A stretch of 64,000 nucleotides of DNA from positions 62,001 to 126,000 of the forward strand of contig DF237021.1 in the NCBI GenBank assembly GCA_000708835.1. The letters are read 5' to 3'. Position numbers and translations under genes: made by a program. Of the stretch, positions 26,451 to 47,400 are shown piece after piece. The notes beneath the pieces are model-generated. The model had not been told where the DNA came from, searched no databases, and was given only the letters and a program-made list of their open reading frames with translations. The DNA is from Klebsormidium nitens. Lineage: Eukaryota > Plantae > Klebsormidiophyceae. The stretch's first letter is position 1, and the number at the start of each line of letters is the position of its first letter.

Positions 26451-28705
26451 CTACGAACTCTTCGAGGCCTTCCCCGTTTTCCTCCGTTTTGCCGCTACCT
26501 TGTTCAGCACCGCAAGCTGCTCTTCGGTCACGTCCGCCCAAAAGTCCTTGTCTTCGAAGGGCCGCTTCACCACTCGCTTCACTTTTCTGAAGATCTTGCG
26601 GGCGATCGGACTGTGCTCCTCTGAGAGCCACTCGAGCCAGGAGTCCGCGTTCTCCTCCGTCACTTGCACGTGATTTTTGACGCTCTCACACAGGGCGGTG
26701 AAAGCGATCGACTCGGCCAAGGAGAAGAGGTCCTGCAAGGCAGGAAGGAAATCGAGGCTTTTTGAGCCTTCTCGTGTGCACTTTGCTTTCACTCGAGGCA
26801 TGAATGGTCCGCTCACAGGTCTGCCAAAAGACAGGCATATTTGAAGGCAATCACAGAAAGTCAAGGGTTCTCTTCCTCGAAAGACCGGTTTGAGCTTCCT
26901 GATATGAGGCAGACCTCACGTTTCAAAGTTTTAGCAAAGTGCAGGAAGAGGTAGCGATCAGGACCGAAGGAAGGTAAGTCCTCTCGCTTTTAAAGGATCC
27001 AACTCTTTCTGAAAGAAACGGAAGCAATGATCGTCCAAAAGCAGGGGTTTGTATGAGAATTCACTCGTCGGATATTTGCAAGCAAGGAATGGATGACGCG
27101 ATATTTTGAGCACCGGAGGCGCTAGAAGTTCGATTACGATGCCCAGATTTTGTGATACACGATCAAACAGAGAGACAGACACAAGAGACATTCCGCCGCT
27201 CTTGACAAGCCAGGCAGGCTCGTGCAACTGATAAGGTACAGATAGGAACAATGAATCTTTTGAGAGTCTTCCAATCGAGTAGCTCTTATAGAAGGAAATG
27301 TCACCTGTCGAAGTCGGCTGCTGAAATACCATCCTTTTACTCAACGAGGTAACGGGAGAAAGAAAGGAGACGACTTGAGGAGCCCAAAATGTGATCATGG
27401 TATCTAGTTTGGGAGAGTCTGGTGGAAGCGTCAATGACCCACAAGAAATATTTAGATTAGACTTGCTCAGAAAGCAATGACCATATTTGAGCCTTGCGAC
27501 TCCCGGAAATCAAACGTCACCCGAAATCCATTCAAAGCGGGTTTACGTTATCAACCCACCTGCAGAACGGGGGCCTCGGACGGTTCAAGCTGGAGCAGAG
27601 ACGCAGCGTCTCCGTACGCGAACTTTAAAAACGCCCCGACCACTTTCTGGTCCACCGGGCACGGCAGGTGAACGTCCAGCTTCTTGTGCATGTTCCATTC
27701 AGTCCCCGACCAGTCGTCCTTGAGCTTTGACTGGAAGTAGGGTATGCCAGCAAGAACCGCGGCGTGCGCCGGGGCTTTTGAACCGTCCTGTACGCAATTT
27801 GGCGTTAAATTTTTACATAAACTGATTGAAGACCTCATGTGCGAGCATTGGAAAGGATTACCCTTGCATCTGTCAGGCAGTTGTTCAAGACCTTTTGAAA
27901 TATGAAACTTTGCAGTTGTTCAAGCCCTTTGCAATCAAAAGTTTTGCAATCGAGTCCTTCAGTGCACTTTACTTTTGAGACTCTTCTTCTAGTGTAAGTT
28001 GGTCAGTTTACATAATTTCAAAGTAAATCCCCTTGCCTTCAACCACCTCCTCACAACAGTTATGATCTGTTGCCTGCTTCTCAAAACCCTCAAGTACGAC
28101 CGCAAGATTCTTCTTAGCGACCAACCGCGGCGTGCAAGCGCCGTTTTTACCTTGCAGATGAGACTCAGGTCGCCCGTTGTTGGTGCCTCCTCGAGGAGGG
28201 ACGCTTTTCCAAAGCATCCCGCTTCCTTCCTGAAACACATGAACACCTGTTGTGCCGACCGTTCCAAAAGGAACAAGGCCACTTTGACCCGGAAGAGTAT
28301 TTTCAGCGGGTAGTGGGCCCCTGCCACAGTCCAAGAAAGACCATCTTCAAGCATCTTTTCGGTGACAGGTGCAGACTGCAGCACGCATACCAAGTCGAAG
28401 TCGATTCCTCGTTCGGTTCCATGATATCTAAGCACAAGGGCGTCCTGAGACCTGGTTGCAGAGATCGGGATGTCAATTGAGAATGTCCGCGACTCTAGTT
28501 TCTCCGCTGACGGTGTCACGGCGTGCTGGATTAAGAAGCGGAACAGGACACTCGTTCCGGGTTGTGGGCGTTTTTGCACACTGGCTTTGTAGGAATACTC
28601 GACCGTTCTTTGTGCTGCGTCCGTTTCTGTTTCGTGCGAGTCCAATGCTTCCAAGTGCGGATGCTCGACCTCGAACTTGTACGGGCTCACGAGCACTGCA
28701 TCCAT
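26451..28705 (-). CDS. BTB/POZ-domain paralogue 2, apparently intact (unknown N-terminal domain + BTB + helical C-terminus)
   Basis: Three exons with canonical junctions: MDAVLVSPYKFEVE...ASLLEEAPTTGDLSLICK|DGSKAPAHAAVLAGIPYFQSKL...APVLQ|DLFSLAESIAFTALCESVK...AKRRKTGKASKSS-stop. Confidence 0.85.
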
Positions 28706-29019
28706 TCTTTCTGCGCGCTTCTTGTACGCTCGTAAGGTCAGCCGGCTGAAGGCAATTTCACCCTCCCTCACAAAGCAAAAGCACTAGAGAACGAGTTACG
28801 TATCGCAGACAGCGGGAGCTGGCAGCCTGAGGTGCATGGCCTCAATGGGCGCGCGCGCGCGCGATCGGACTCTCTGGCAGAAGGACTCGCGCAGCTAACA
28901 GGAAGTCGACGCCGGACTCAAAAACCCTAGCAAGGAAGGAGAAGGCTTGGATTTGGTCACGGAGAGGAACAGCCGCCGCTAGAGAGAGAACTGCGTATAT
29001 CTCTGCGTCTGGATTGTTC

Positions 29020-29057
29020 GAGGAAGACGGGAAGGTCAGCACAAGGATCTCAAAGCG
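29020..29057 (-). promoter_or_regulatory. Conserved non-coding block ~315 bp upstream of the BTB2 ATG
   Basis: gaggaagacgggaaggtcagcacaaggatctcaaagcg, shared with the other two BTB copies. Confidence 0.55.
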
Positions 29058-30160
29058 CCGCCAGGTGGCGAAGCCCAAGCTACGCGCGCGCTCTCATGAT
29101 CTGAGTGGATTAAGATGGCTCATGCACAGTGTTTGACATTGCCCGGACGCATGGGATCGTACAGTACGGTGCCTCCGAATAATGGGGCACTGGCACCCTA
29201 GTAAGCGTGTAATCTACTGAGGAAACCTCAAAAGAGGGAGGGAGTTTCGGTAAACAAAGCCAATTCACGTGTGTGGTTTCGCATTTTCGGCGAACCACAC
29301 TAACGCTCGACTCAGCGGGGCAAGTACGGTTGCCAGACCGCTTGACCCATCGTCCTACACTGAGTCCACGACGTGCAGGCATGGCGGGATTGTGTGACTT
29401 GGGCTGTCGCGGGGCGGCTTCTCTCGGACATGCGGCAGACGGTAGAAACTTTGCATATCTCGTTGCCAATTTCTCAAACAAGACTGTATAGAAGGTCATC
29501 ATACTATATGATATGCGGGTTTGGCTTTCTTGCGCGGCAAGGCTCGCAAAACGACGATATACTAAAACGAGATTTATGTTGCAACAGAAACATGTCATGG
29601 AGTCGAGGATTGGGCCAATGATCGTATATGTGGAGGGTCATCGGCAATCGAAGCGGCGGCTAGAAAGTGAAGGCAATGGGCCACGGACGTCCGCCCATTT
29701 TGACTGTGCACTAGCTTACATGGCTAAGCCATCTAAAAGTGCCAGCTAGACATGCCAAATTTCTGCATATAGTCTCATCATGCTAATACATGTGCACACG
29801 TGCACACGATGATAGCTATATTTATGCCAGACGGCCTGGTCGCCGCGGATCACATACGCGGAGTATAACGTGTGGATCATGCCAGGCGCCCTCCATGTGC
29901 CATGTCAAGTCACTGAGTCAGTCGATCACCACACGGACGAAATTCTTACGTCAAACAATGCATGTGTACACCACATGCGATGCAAGTGGCTAGTAACTTG
30001 GAATAAGGATCAGTACGATCGCACATAGCGGCCAGGGCCAAACGGGCTCTCCAAATGCCGTTGAGATTCAGGTCGGACTCCTGGCAACGTCAAAGAAGAT
30101 TACATGTTGCTGCTCTTGTGGAAGGCTGTCAAGCGCCGGCGAATGTACCTATACCTTATC

Positions 30161-33100
30161 TTACAACAGTTTCGTGTCACCGCCAAGTGATGGCCTCCAA
30201 AGCTTCCAGAACCGATCATGACTTGCGGTCACCAGAAAATCGACGGACGGAGACCATGCCACGTCAAACACGTGATCGGCGTGGGAACTAAGGACGTGGA
30301 GACATTCAAATGTGGACGTGTCGAAGAGGCGAGCGGTGACATCTCCGGATGTGGTTGCTAGCATGCGGCTGTAAGGAGAGAAAGCGACCCGCTTCACCTG
30401 CAAATCAACCGAGAATGGCAACATCAGATGGAATCCGGACGGCCCCTTTCCGCTTGGAAGACAAACTGGAGGTGTCAGCGTGCAAACGGTTTGTCGAAAG
30501 CGCCAAAATGATCTCAAATATCCCTCGTCGATCGGCGCTTTGACATATGTCCGGCAACATCAACGGGCGCACAAGCGACGTGATCCGAGAACGGCGTCCG
30601 TTTCTCGGGCTTTTGTGACTCGGAGCAGGTATCTAGAATGCACAGATTATTCTTGGAGCTGTTTAGATGGACCCTCGGCGAACGAGCCACTCAAGAACCA
30701 GCCCGCCAATCAGAGCACGCAAAAGAGATGCGCCCAAGAAACGGAGCCACCGAACCGAAGCCGCTAGCTACGAGGCGTCGTAGCAAGCGTTGAAAGCATC
30801 CACCATAAGTAGCGGTTGGACGTGCTGTCGTTGTTAGAGTTAAGCAGTGATAGCGACTGCTTATTTACTTCGTTAGTAAACGCGGGGTTGGGGAGTGAAT
30901 TGATGAATCTTTACGCCGAATGTGAAAGCTCCGAGCTCCACGAAGCGAGACTGCTGAAAGAGCGGGGCCGCACCTCTCCCGTGTGCTGCCGCAGAACCGC
31001 GAGCGGCTGACCCATGCGAAGGTCCCACACCATGGCGGTCGTGTCGTCACTGCCGGTCACCAGTAATCGGCCCGACTCGTCCATGTCGACACCGATGACG
31101 TCCTGCGCGGCAAGGCTTGATGAGTCTGACTTTTCGAAACGCATCGAGGCTTGTTGATTGCCAGGTGTCGGAACCCTTGGAAATTGCCGATTTACAGTGA
31201 CGTCAGCTGTGCAGTTTCAAAAAGCAAGTGGTGGGTAATCTGGATGAGTGGACGGTCCGGCTTGCCGTATCTGCCGTGGCTGATTAGGCTGGGTGACCGA
31301 TTGAGCTTCTGGGAAAACGAAAGATCCATGCGTGAACGAGCTGCAATGCAGAGGCAGAATACGTTTGCTTGGAGACACAAGACGTATCATGCATCAGTCC
31401 AGGTTATTCTCTTCGTCTCAGTATAACGGCACCTGCGCAAGCTGTCAAGGCTTGTAAAGACGGTACGTTGGGACGTAAACAACCTGCTATGAGCAAGTAC
31501 GAGAACTCAGTCGTGGGTAAAACAAACCGTTCTGAGGGGTGCTGACGAGTGCGAGGACACCCAACGGCCGTTTGCTCTGAAGGTGGTTCTGGTTTGCTAG
31601 TGCAAGTTTGCCCTGTCTGCAGCATTTCGTCTTAGGTACAGGCAAGGACGATATTCCCAAATAAAGCTCGGACCTCTGATCGTTCGTTTCCGAACGAAAT
31701 GAGAGCGTCGTCTCACCTCTTGATGTCCCTCTAGCGTTTGGACGTCCTCTCCCGTCCGAGGGTCCCACAGCTTGGCCGTCCAGTCGAACGAAGCCGTGGC
31801 TATTAGGCTGCCCCGGGGCTGGAAGCAGACCCCATACACCGTGTTTCGATGGCCCTGCAAATGTCAAATCCAAAAGCTTTGGAACGAAGTTGAAACAATC
31901 AGCTTCGTCAAAGCTACACCTGAGAATACTTCAACTTTGCGATTGGGTCAAGAGAGCTGAAGATAAACAACCGCAAGGACAGACGGAATCCATGATCTGT
32001 TCAATTCGCGAGTGCAATTGCTGGCTGACATCTTTTGGTAGCTTCGATCTCTTGTCTTGGCTAGCCTGGATGTTAGCAAATCAAGACATTGCTCCTCAGT
32101 CTTCTTATGAACTATTTCGCCGCCAGCTGTCGTGTTCCAAGTCGGGTGCTTACCTGCAGTGCCACGACGGGCTCTGCCTTTTCGGTGTCCCAGATGATCG
32201 CCGTGTGGTCGTCACTGGCAGTGGCCAAGAGACTCGAGTTGGCCTGAAACGAAAGCCCGTTCACCTGCACATGAAGAAGACGACTGTCTTGAGCAAAACT
32301 CCTGCATCAGAGCATGAACTGTTGGTTCCGAAATGCAAGAAAGGGTGACCGCAGCACCTTCCTTTCAAGGGTGAGCTACGAAGAGCTGATCCTGTAAGGC
32401 TCGCTCAACCTACCAAAAGATCACAATGAAAAACAAAGGCAGCTCAATGTGGCTCTCACACATAGCCTCGTGCGCCCGGGGAACCGTCTCGACAATGGAA
32501 CTTACTTCCAGCATGCCAACTCGAATACAAGGAAAAAGCATTTTTCTAGCATGAGGAGCGCAAACTGACCTCATCGGCATGCCCCTCCAACACCTGCAAA
32601 CACTCCCCCGACGTCGCTGACCAAAGCCGGCACGTGTGGTCCGAGCTGACCGTCGCCACCAGGTCCGGCTTTTGCTTCGAGAACGCAATCGCGTACAGGC
32701 CCAAACTGTGGCCCAAAAGCTGCGTGACCTCTGTGCCTTCCTCCACATCATACAAAACCGCTCGGTGGTCCCAGGATGCAGTCCCCACTAGAGTGCGACC
32801 ACTGGACGTCGTCCCTACGGCAATTCCATGTACCGGCTCGGAATGGGTGGCGAAGGTCTGAGCTAGCGTCCAGTATCCAGCATTCAGCCTCTCCTCTACC
32901 TCTGCGGGGGGTTGCCGCCAGCGTCGAGCAACATCTAACCGGGTTATGACTCCATCCCCCCGCTCGTTTTCTTCACACCCCGCCCCCTCGCTGTCGTAAC
33001 CCCCGTCCTGCTCCACCCTATACGGCGGCAGGACCTCCTCTTGCAGCGACCGCAGCAGCGCCGCGTTCTGCTCCTGACAGCGTGCGAGCTTTTCGGCCAG

Positions 33101-33661
33101 CTCGAGCCTTTGCTTCTCGCTGTCGGCCAGCTTGCACTTGAGCTGCGCCCGTTCGATACAGGCCATCTGCCACCGGGAGCTGACCTGAGCCAGGATGCTC
33201 TTAATCTGCACATCTTCTGAGGCGTCCTTTGCCGTGCTGCTGACAGCCTCTTCCCCTGCGCTGCTCCGTTTAACGTCACTGGCTGCGGGCTCTTGATTGA
33301 AGATGGTGATTAGTTCCGTCCGGATGTTGAGGGACTTTCGGCAGACTGGGCAGGCGGTCTCGTTCTGGAACCAGATGTCAGCGCAATCTGCAAAGCAAGA
33401 CGATATGCTCCTGCTTGGCTGTCCATCTGAGCAATCATCCCTGATGAATGTACAAAAGCAATTGCCCAGTTCACAGAAGCGCTGCTTCTTGCGTGGTTCA
33501 TCAGATTAGGGTTTCAGAAAACTGTGCTCAACAAGACGGGCCGGAGTAGAAGATTGGATCAAGTGCTTACCAGAGCAGCAAATGTGGCCACAGATTGTGA
33601 CACGGGCCTGAACCTTGTCGGACTGTGCATTCTCAAAACAAATGCAGCACAGTAGAACCAT
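30161..33661 (-). CDS. RING (C3HC4)-coiled coil-WD40 protein, putative E3 ubiquitin ligase
   Basis: Exon 1/2 junction gives CCICFENA...TICGHICCS|DCADIWFQNETACPVCRK. A heptad region follows (RAQLKCKLADSEKQRLELAEKLARCQEQ), then about 7 canonical WD repeats (GH/H...TAS.D.T..LWD). Confidence 0.9.
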
Positions 33662-34970
33662 GGTGGTTCAGCCACAGAAGAGACCCTCTTTAGATTACCC
33701 ACAAATGAGACCTCAGCAAGCTACCTACAGCTGGTTTCAGTCACCTTGTGATTCTTGGCCTCGAACTACCTAAGCCCTGAACCTACATTCTGTCAGGGCC
33801 TGCCAGGACAATATAATCCCGTGCCTTCTCTCAACTCCAGCTCAGATTGGTCAGATCATTTTGTACAGCAAAGAAGGTGGTTTATTGTTCCTAGGGTGGT
33901 GGCGTCTGTCTGCCCATTCCATTGAGTACTCACTAGTGTGCACTGTGGCTCAGCTCCAAGCTGGGGCGCCCATTGGATTCTGAGCCCTAAAAGTGAAAAG
34001 CTGTGTCAAAAATGTGCAATTTAAGCTGACAGAGTCGTTCCGTCCTCCTGCAAGCTATTCCGCCTCTTCCTTCCGCCGGAAAGAGGTTGAGCCGGCTACC
34101 GCACCGGAAAGTCAGCAATACTCACTCTCTTCCTCGGGTGAAACAAACTTCCAAAGGAGGCCAATCGGGCTGAGCGAGGGACAAGCTTGACGCATTCTGA
34201 TTGGCTGGCAAGATTCTTTCCTTTGCCCCGGGCGCTCCTGCGACAAGCCTATGTTGGAAAGTTGCCAACTGCCGAGGGTGACATCACTAAGAATCGGAAT
34301 CCCTACTTTGGAACCAATCGGCGACCAGCACCTTCCGCACTTGCCGGCACCTTGTGCAAAATCGACCGTGCATTTTGTACACTGTACAGCCGAATACCGT
34401 TAAAACACCTACCGTACCTACCTAGGTAGTGGTACAGCTTGAGTACACAGGCTGGTACAGAACGTAACAGAAGGCTGCCTGCAGCAGCTGAGAAGTCAAC
34501 ATGGAGACACATGCTGGATCCCCAGCTGCACTCTTGCACCACCTGCGCCAGAAGGGTGCCATTGGCATAGGCTTTTACTTGGAGAAAAGGGCACTGCAGA
34601 TTTCAGGCAGCTCAAGTTGAAAGTGAACGCCCAGTTCCATGCTATTCCTGGAAGCTTGTATAGGCCGTGTGTGTTGGTCAAAAGCGGGGAATTTTACAAC
34701 GGTGGCGCCCATTGGGAGCTCGAAGGAGTGAGCACATTGAGCTGAAAGGAACTTGAGTTCAATCTTAATCCTCCCAAAAGCTGCGTCCAGTATAATGATT
34801 GAAACTATAAGATCTGTTGCAACTGTTTGGGGCAGGACTTCTGAAACCTTGCAAAATTCCCCCCTTGGACCAGTGTAAGAGCAGAACTTCAGGTTGCAGG
34901 AGTTTCAGCAGACAAATCCCTGGGAGGGAGTATCTAAGAATCAATATTCGGGCGCCCCACTTTTGCAATT

Positions 34971-43162
<8,192 letters not shown>

Positions 43163-44444
43163 GCTGAGGGAAGCAGAGGCGGGTGATTACTTTGCTTTAT
43201 TCTATGCGTTTTGTAAGCTCCCTAGAGGTGCATGTGTGTGGCGGAAAAGAGAGTTTGAAGTATCAAGACAGCTAGAAACAATAATCCGGGCGGTGCAGTG
43301 TGATAGGTGTCTGCAGCACTGTGGAAGGAGACAAAGTTGGCACTGAATCTGCATTACGAGACTGGAGTTTGACAGGTCTCCGACGAAGAAGCTCAAAACT
43401 AATCGGCTACAATTGAGACTGGTGGCAAAACGCATCTTGTGTATATACATGATGTTGCGAATTAACTTTCTCCGCAACACTGTCCATCTTTTATGCTTCC
43501 AAATTGGGATCTTGCTCATTTTTTGCCATTCCGAATTGGGCCCGGGGCCTGCAAATAGTCATGTGAAACATAAACAAGACGCTTCCAAGCCATATGGAGG
43601 TCTGCCCTAGCTCGCCTTTACCCATATGATCAAAGACGAACCACACAAGCCGCAAGTGGTGAGAATGCTTCAAGCTCTGCCATTCGTAGCCAACCCATAC
43701 ATGGACTTCGCTAGCCATGCAGCAGATCACTAGCCAATGCACAAAACCATGACGATCAGACATGTCCATGATGTGAATCAGCAACGCATGGATCTACAGA
43801 AACTCGAACCTTCGATCACAACAGTTGATTGATCGAGCAATTAAAGTATAGTCTCAATCCTAAGTGATTTTGAGTAGAGGCAGCTCTACGTACTGGATAT
43901 ATTGCCATAATGAAGCTTTTTCATGAAGCACGTGCCACATGCGTTGCATGCATAAATAGCTGCAGCCATGGATCCTGATACGTTGCAACAGGCAGCCTAG
44001 GTCTCGCCAGCCTGATCTGGGTTAAGAGCAGGTTATATGTTTCAACTACAAAACTTCGGAAGCCGCACAGTAGCTGTCGACTCCCGATTCGACGTACTTT
44101 TTGGAGCCCCATCCTCCCTGGATCTCATATCTCTGAGAATTTCGACGCCGCATCGAACTTGTGTATATTTGTACATCCCGCATGTAATACGTCGATTGGG
44201 GTTTGCACTACTGACCCGAATCATCCTCCCTCATGCCAATGCCTCAGCAATGGGCTCAGCTAGACTTCAAGTTCATGCAAGCTGTTCAAAGCCCAAGGTT
44301 CTGCCACCTTATTTAGAATTGGTGGACTCGTGAGAAAGAAGGGGCCAGCTGAATGCCGCAGCACCACGTTGTATTCAGGTTTTGGTAGTTGGACCAGCTG
44401 AGACCCACCTTTTCACTTCCTTCAGCTGATCAGTGTACAATGCA

Positions 44445-47400
44445 ATGGCGCGGAAGGGGATACTTGCGGCTTGGCAGTTTGCGGTGCTCTCAATGTCATT
44501 GCTGGGGTCTGCACTTTCAGGTCAGAATGCTGCACGCTTCTCCATGCTGCAGGTTAGATACCGGCTAGGATGTCAGTGATCATTGACCCTGATGCAGTGC
44601 AGATTTCCTGGTTGAAAACTTGTTATCGTTTGGGTGGAGAAGCAGAGCTTACCAGGCCTGTGAGAATCCGCATGTGTTTTGGGCTCTCAAAGGTGAGGGT
44701 GTTTGTTCAAAGTCGTGATGCAGCACTAAGAGTCCAAAACCCCTTTAAGGGGCTGAGCTTCTCCACGGTGAGTGTGGATCGCATGGTTGATCGAAGAGTT
44801 TCAGCTGACAACAGAAGGCAGCTTGAGTTTTGGGTTAGCTGAATGCCCCATCACACTGGGATTCACAATCTCTCTCTTCAAAAGATTTCTCCTTCTATAC
44901 ACCTTAAATGGTAGAATAGAAGTCTGAACTTTTGAATTTGCACCAAACACATCCCTCCCCCCCCCGCCTTTTGCAGGCAAGATCTCAACAATAAGCCCTG
45001 TAAGGCCGCTTGTGTCTGGCCTGAAGGACTCAGACCTCCCTCTTCCCTACGAGGGGGACACAGTGACCGCTGTCAAGGTGTCCCTCGATGATTCGAGAGT
45101 GACGCAACCTGAGGGCCCCGACAAGGATAACATCATAGCAGACATTCAAGGAGCGGGGCCGACGTCCTGGTCCATTTCGAGATGGAACAAGGGGGATTTG
45201 GCCATGAGGATTGCCCCAAGGTCAGTATCACTATGGCTTGCCCTTTTATGGCAGAGTTCATCTTGGGTTCCTGTTTAAAAAGCAACCTCCAAACGGGGAT
45301 CTTTCAGATCGTTATACATCATCAGCTGCCGTTTTCCTAACCAGGGACCCCGGGATACCCTCTCCCCTACTTAGCAGCTTTCTCTTGAAGTTCACCCACA
45401 TTGCAAATTCAAAATCGAAGGAAGCTCAGCGTTCACCAACTCATATCAACCGTGTGAAAATCGAAGCACGCTGAGCGCTCTCTCAATCCTGGGCTGTTCA
45501 GAAGGGGGTCAACACAAACCTGAAAAGGGACCAGAAGTAACAAGCAGGGCACAAAAATCCTCTACAGGCACTGTTACGCCCAAAGCAACCTTGGCAATCC
45601 AGGGTCAACACAAACCTGAAAACTGACCTGGAGTAAGAAGCAGTGTAAAAATACTCTGCAGGCACAGATACGCCCAAAGCAACCTTGGCATCCCCCCCGG
45701 AGACCAAGGATTCACTACCAGCGATCCAAAGGACTTCTCAGCTCAGGCGTGGCGGCCGCATCCCGAGAGAGGGGTCACGCTGGCCAGTGTCGCTCGGAAT
45801 GGGGTGCGACGGAACCGGGAAGGGCCGGTCATGTATGGAGTGGTTTCGGCGTCAACGGACTCTAGTGGGTATGGCTACAGGTGAGCAGGGAGCGCGTGGT
45901 TTGAGTGTAGATTTGAATGACTGAGTGGAGGGTTTCCGTCTCAAGGAGTTGTTCAGTATTCTATCGACAACTTCCTCTTTTTTCTCTGGAGGATTTAGGA
46001 CTTGCAGCTTCGGTCAGGTCGAAGAACTCTCAGCTCAGACAAGCTCCGATGGCTTTCGTTTCAGACATCGTATGAATCCGTAGCTCAGTAGAAGCCAAAA
46101 ATATTGCATGCTGTCCCAAATTTTTGCACTGTAGATTGCATCTACTTTTCTCGCATGCGGTTCCGTTGATGTGCTCTCAACGACCCATAGAAACCGGCCC
46201 GATCGACACGCGTCAAACAGATCTTTCTTGGGAAACAGTGTCAACCCTTTGTATCTCGGACTTGGAAAAGTTGTGGCCCTAATAAGCGTTTCCCTGTCCG
46301 TGCAGCATGACCGACGGCACATTCGGCCACGAAGACCCGTCTCTCGACAGTAAGTGCCCTCTTGTTGTGCGCTGCCAAAAGCCATCGAAGAACCGGCAGG
46401 CTTTCTTCGAGCGCTCTCATGACGGACGGTATGGTCCGTCCGTTAGACGAGAACCCTCAGCGGCTGCTGTGATCGTTAGCCCCCTAAAAGGCGACTGGCT
46501 TTTTGACAAGCTTCTAGAATTCAGAAGACCTGATCAGATATCAGCAGATCAAGTTTCACCAGGGCATTAAGGATGCCTCTCGCTTTTCTCAAGCCCTTCT
46601 GAGCGTGGTCTCAACAATCTGCGGTTTGCTTGTGCAGTCAACGTTGGGGCGGCAGGCTCCGTGGGGGAGAGCAGCATCGACTTTGGGGTCGCCTGGTTTC
46701 CATACGCTCAAGGTAAAGCAGGACTTCAGTCGATTAGAACGGACAACTCTTTTTTTGTCGTGACATCTCCTTTCCGTGCTCTGCTGCTCTCCTTTCAAAA
46801 CGCCACGACTAATCCTACACGGATTTGCCCTTGCTGTACTCAACCATCAAACGTTCGCCCTTGACTCTCGGTACTCTACCTTGTTCAGCGTCATTGTTTT
46901 AAGCCGTGGCTACGCTCATATACACAGGCTTCAATTCGTTCTTAAACAGGCACTTTTCGTTCCGTTTCCTGGAGTGGCCAAAGCGAAGCTAATCAAGGGG
47001 ATTCAATCCTCATTGCGAGACGATTACTCATTCCGCTCCGTCAAGGGTTTCCTATTGAATCGATACTGCCGTAAAAGAAGCGTCAAAGGTCTGCCCTCTT
47101 TTGCCCTCTGTTCATCTCCACATCTCCTCTTTGACTAATAGGTTGCGGGGCACCTTGAAAAGATTGACATCTGCAATTTCGGCTTTTCTTCGATCCTCCC
47201 GCTTTCTCTGCAGGCTGGATCGGCGGCTTCCTCGCGGCTCGATCCAGCGCTTCTGCTGCTGCCACGTGGCTCACACGTGAGTCGAAAAGCCCAAGCTTGC
47301 CAAACAACGCAGGGGAGGTGGTGACGTGGTGGGCGAGGGGTGCTTACGTCAGGCTCCCGAAGGTGGATCCAAGGAACGACGGGATGCTTTTGACGATAGC

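Noticed and set aside
44570-44842. ORF MSVIIDPDAVQISWLK... as the first exon of the downstream gene
   Set aside because: Its donor phases do not fit the next exon. A different frame (44603-44692) joins both neighbours in phase.
45340-45474. Possible terminal exon ending the membrane gene early (RDPGIPSP...EAR-stop)
   Set aside because: The exon at 45722 continues a much longer coherent frame ending in a TM helix. A minor isoform cannot be excluded.
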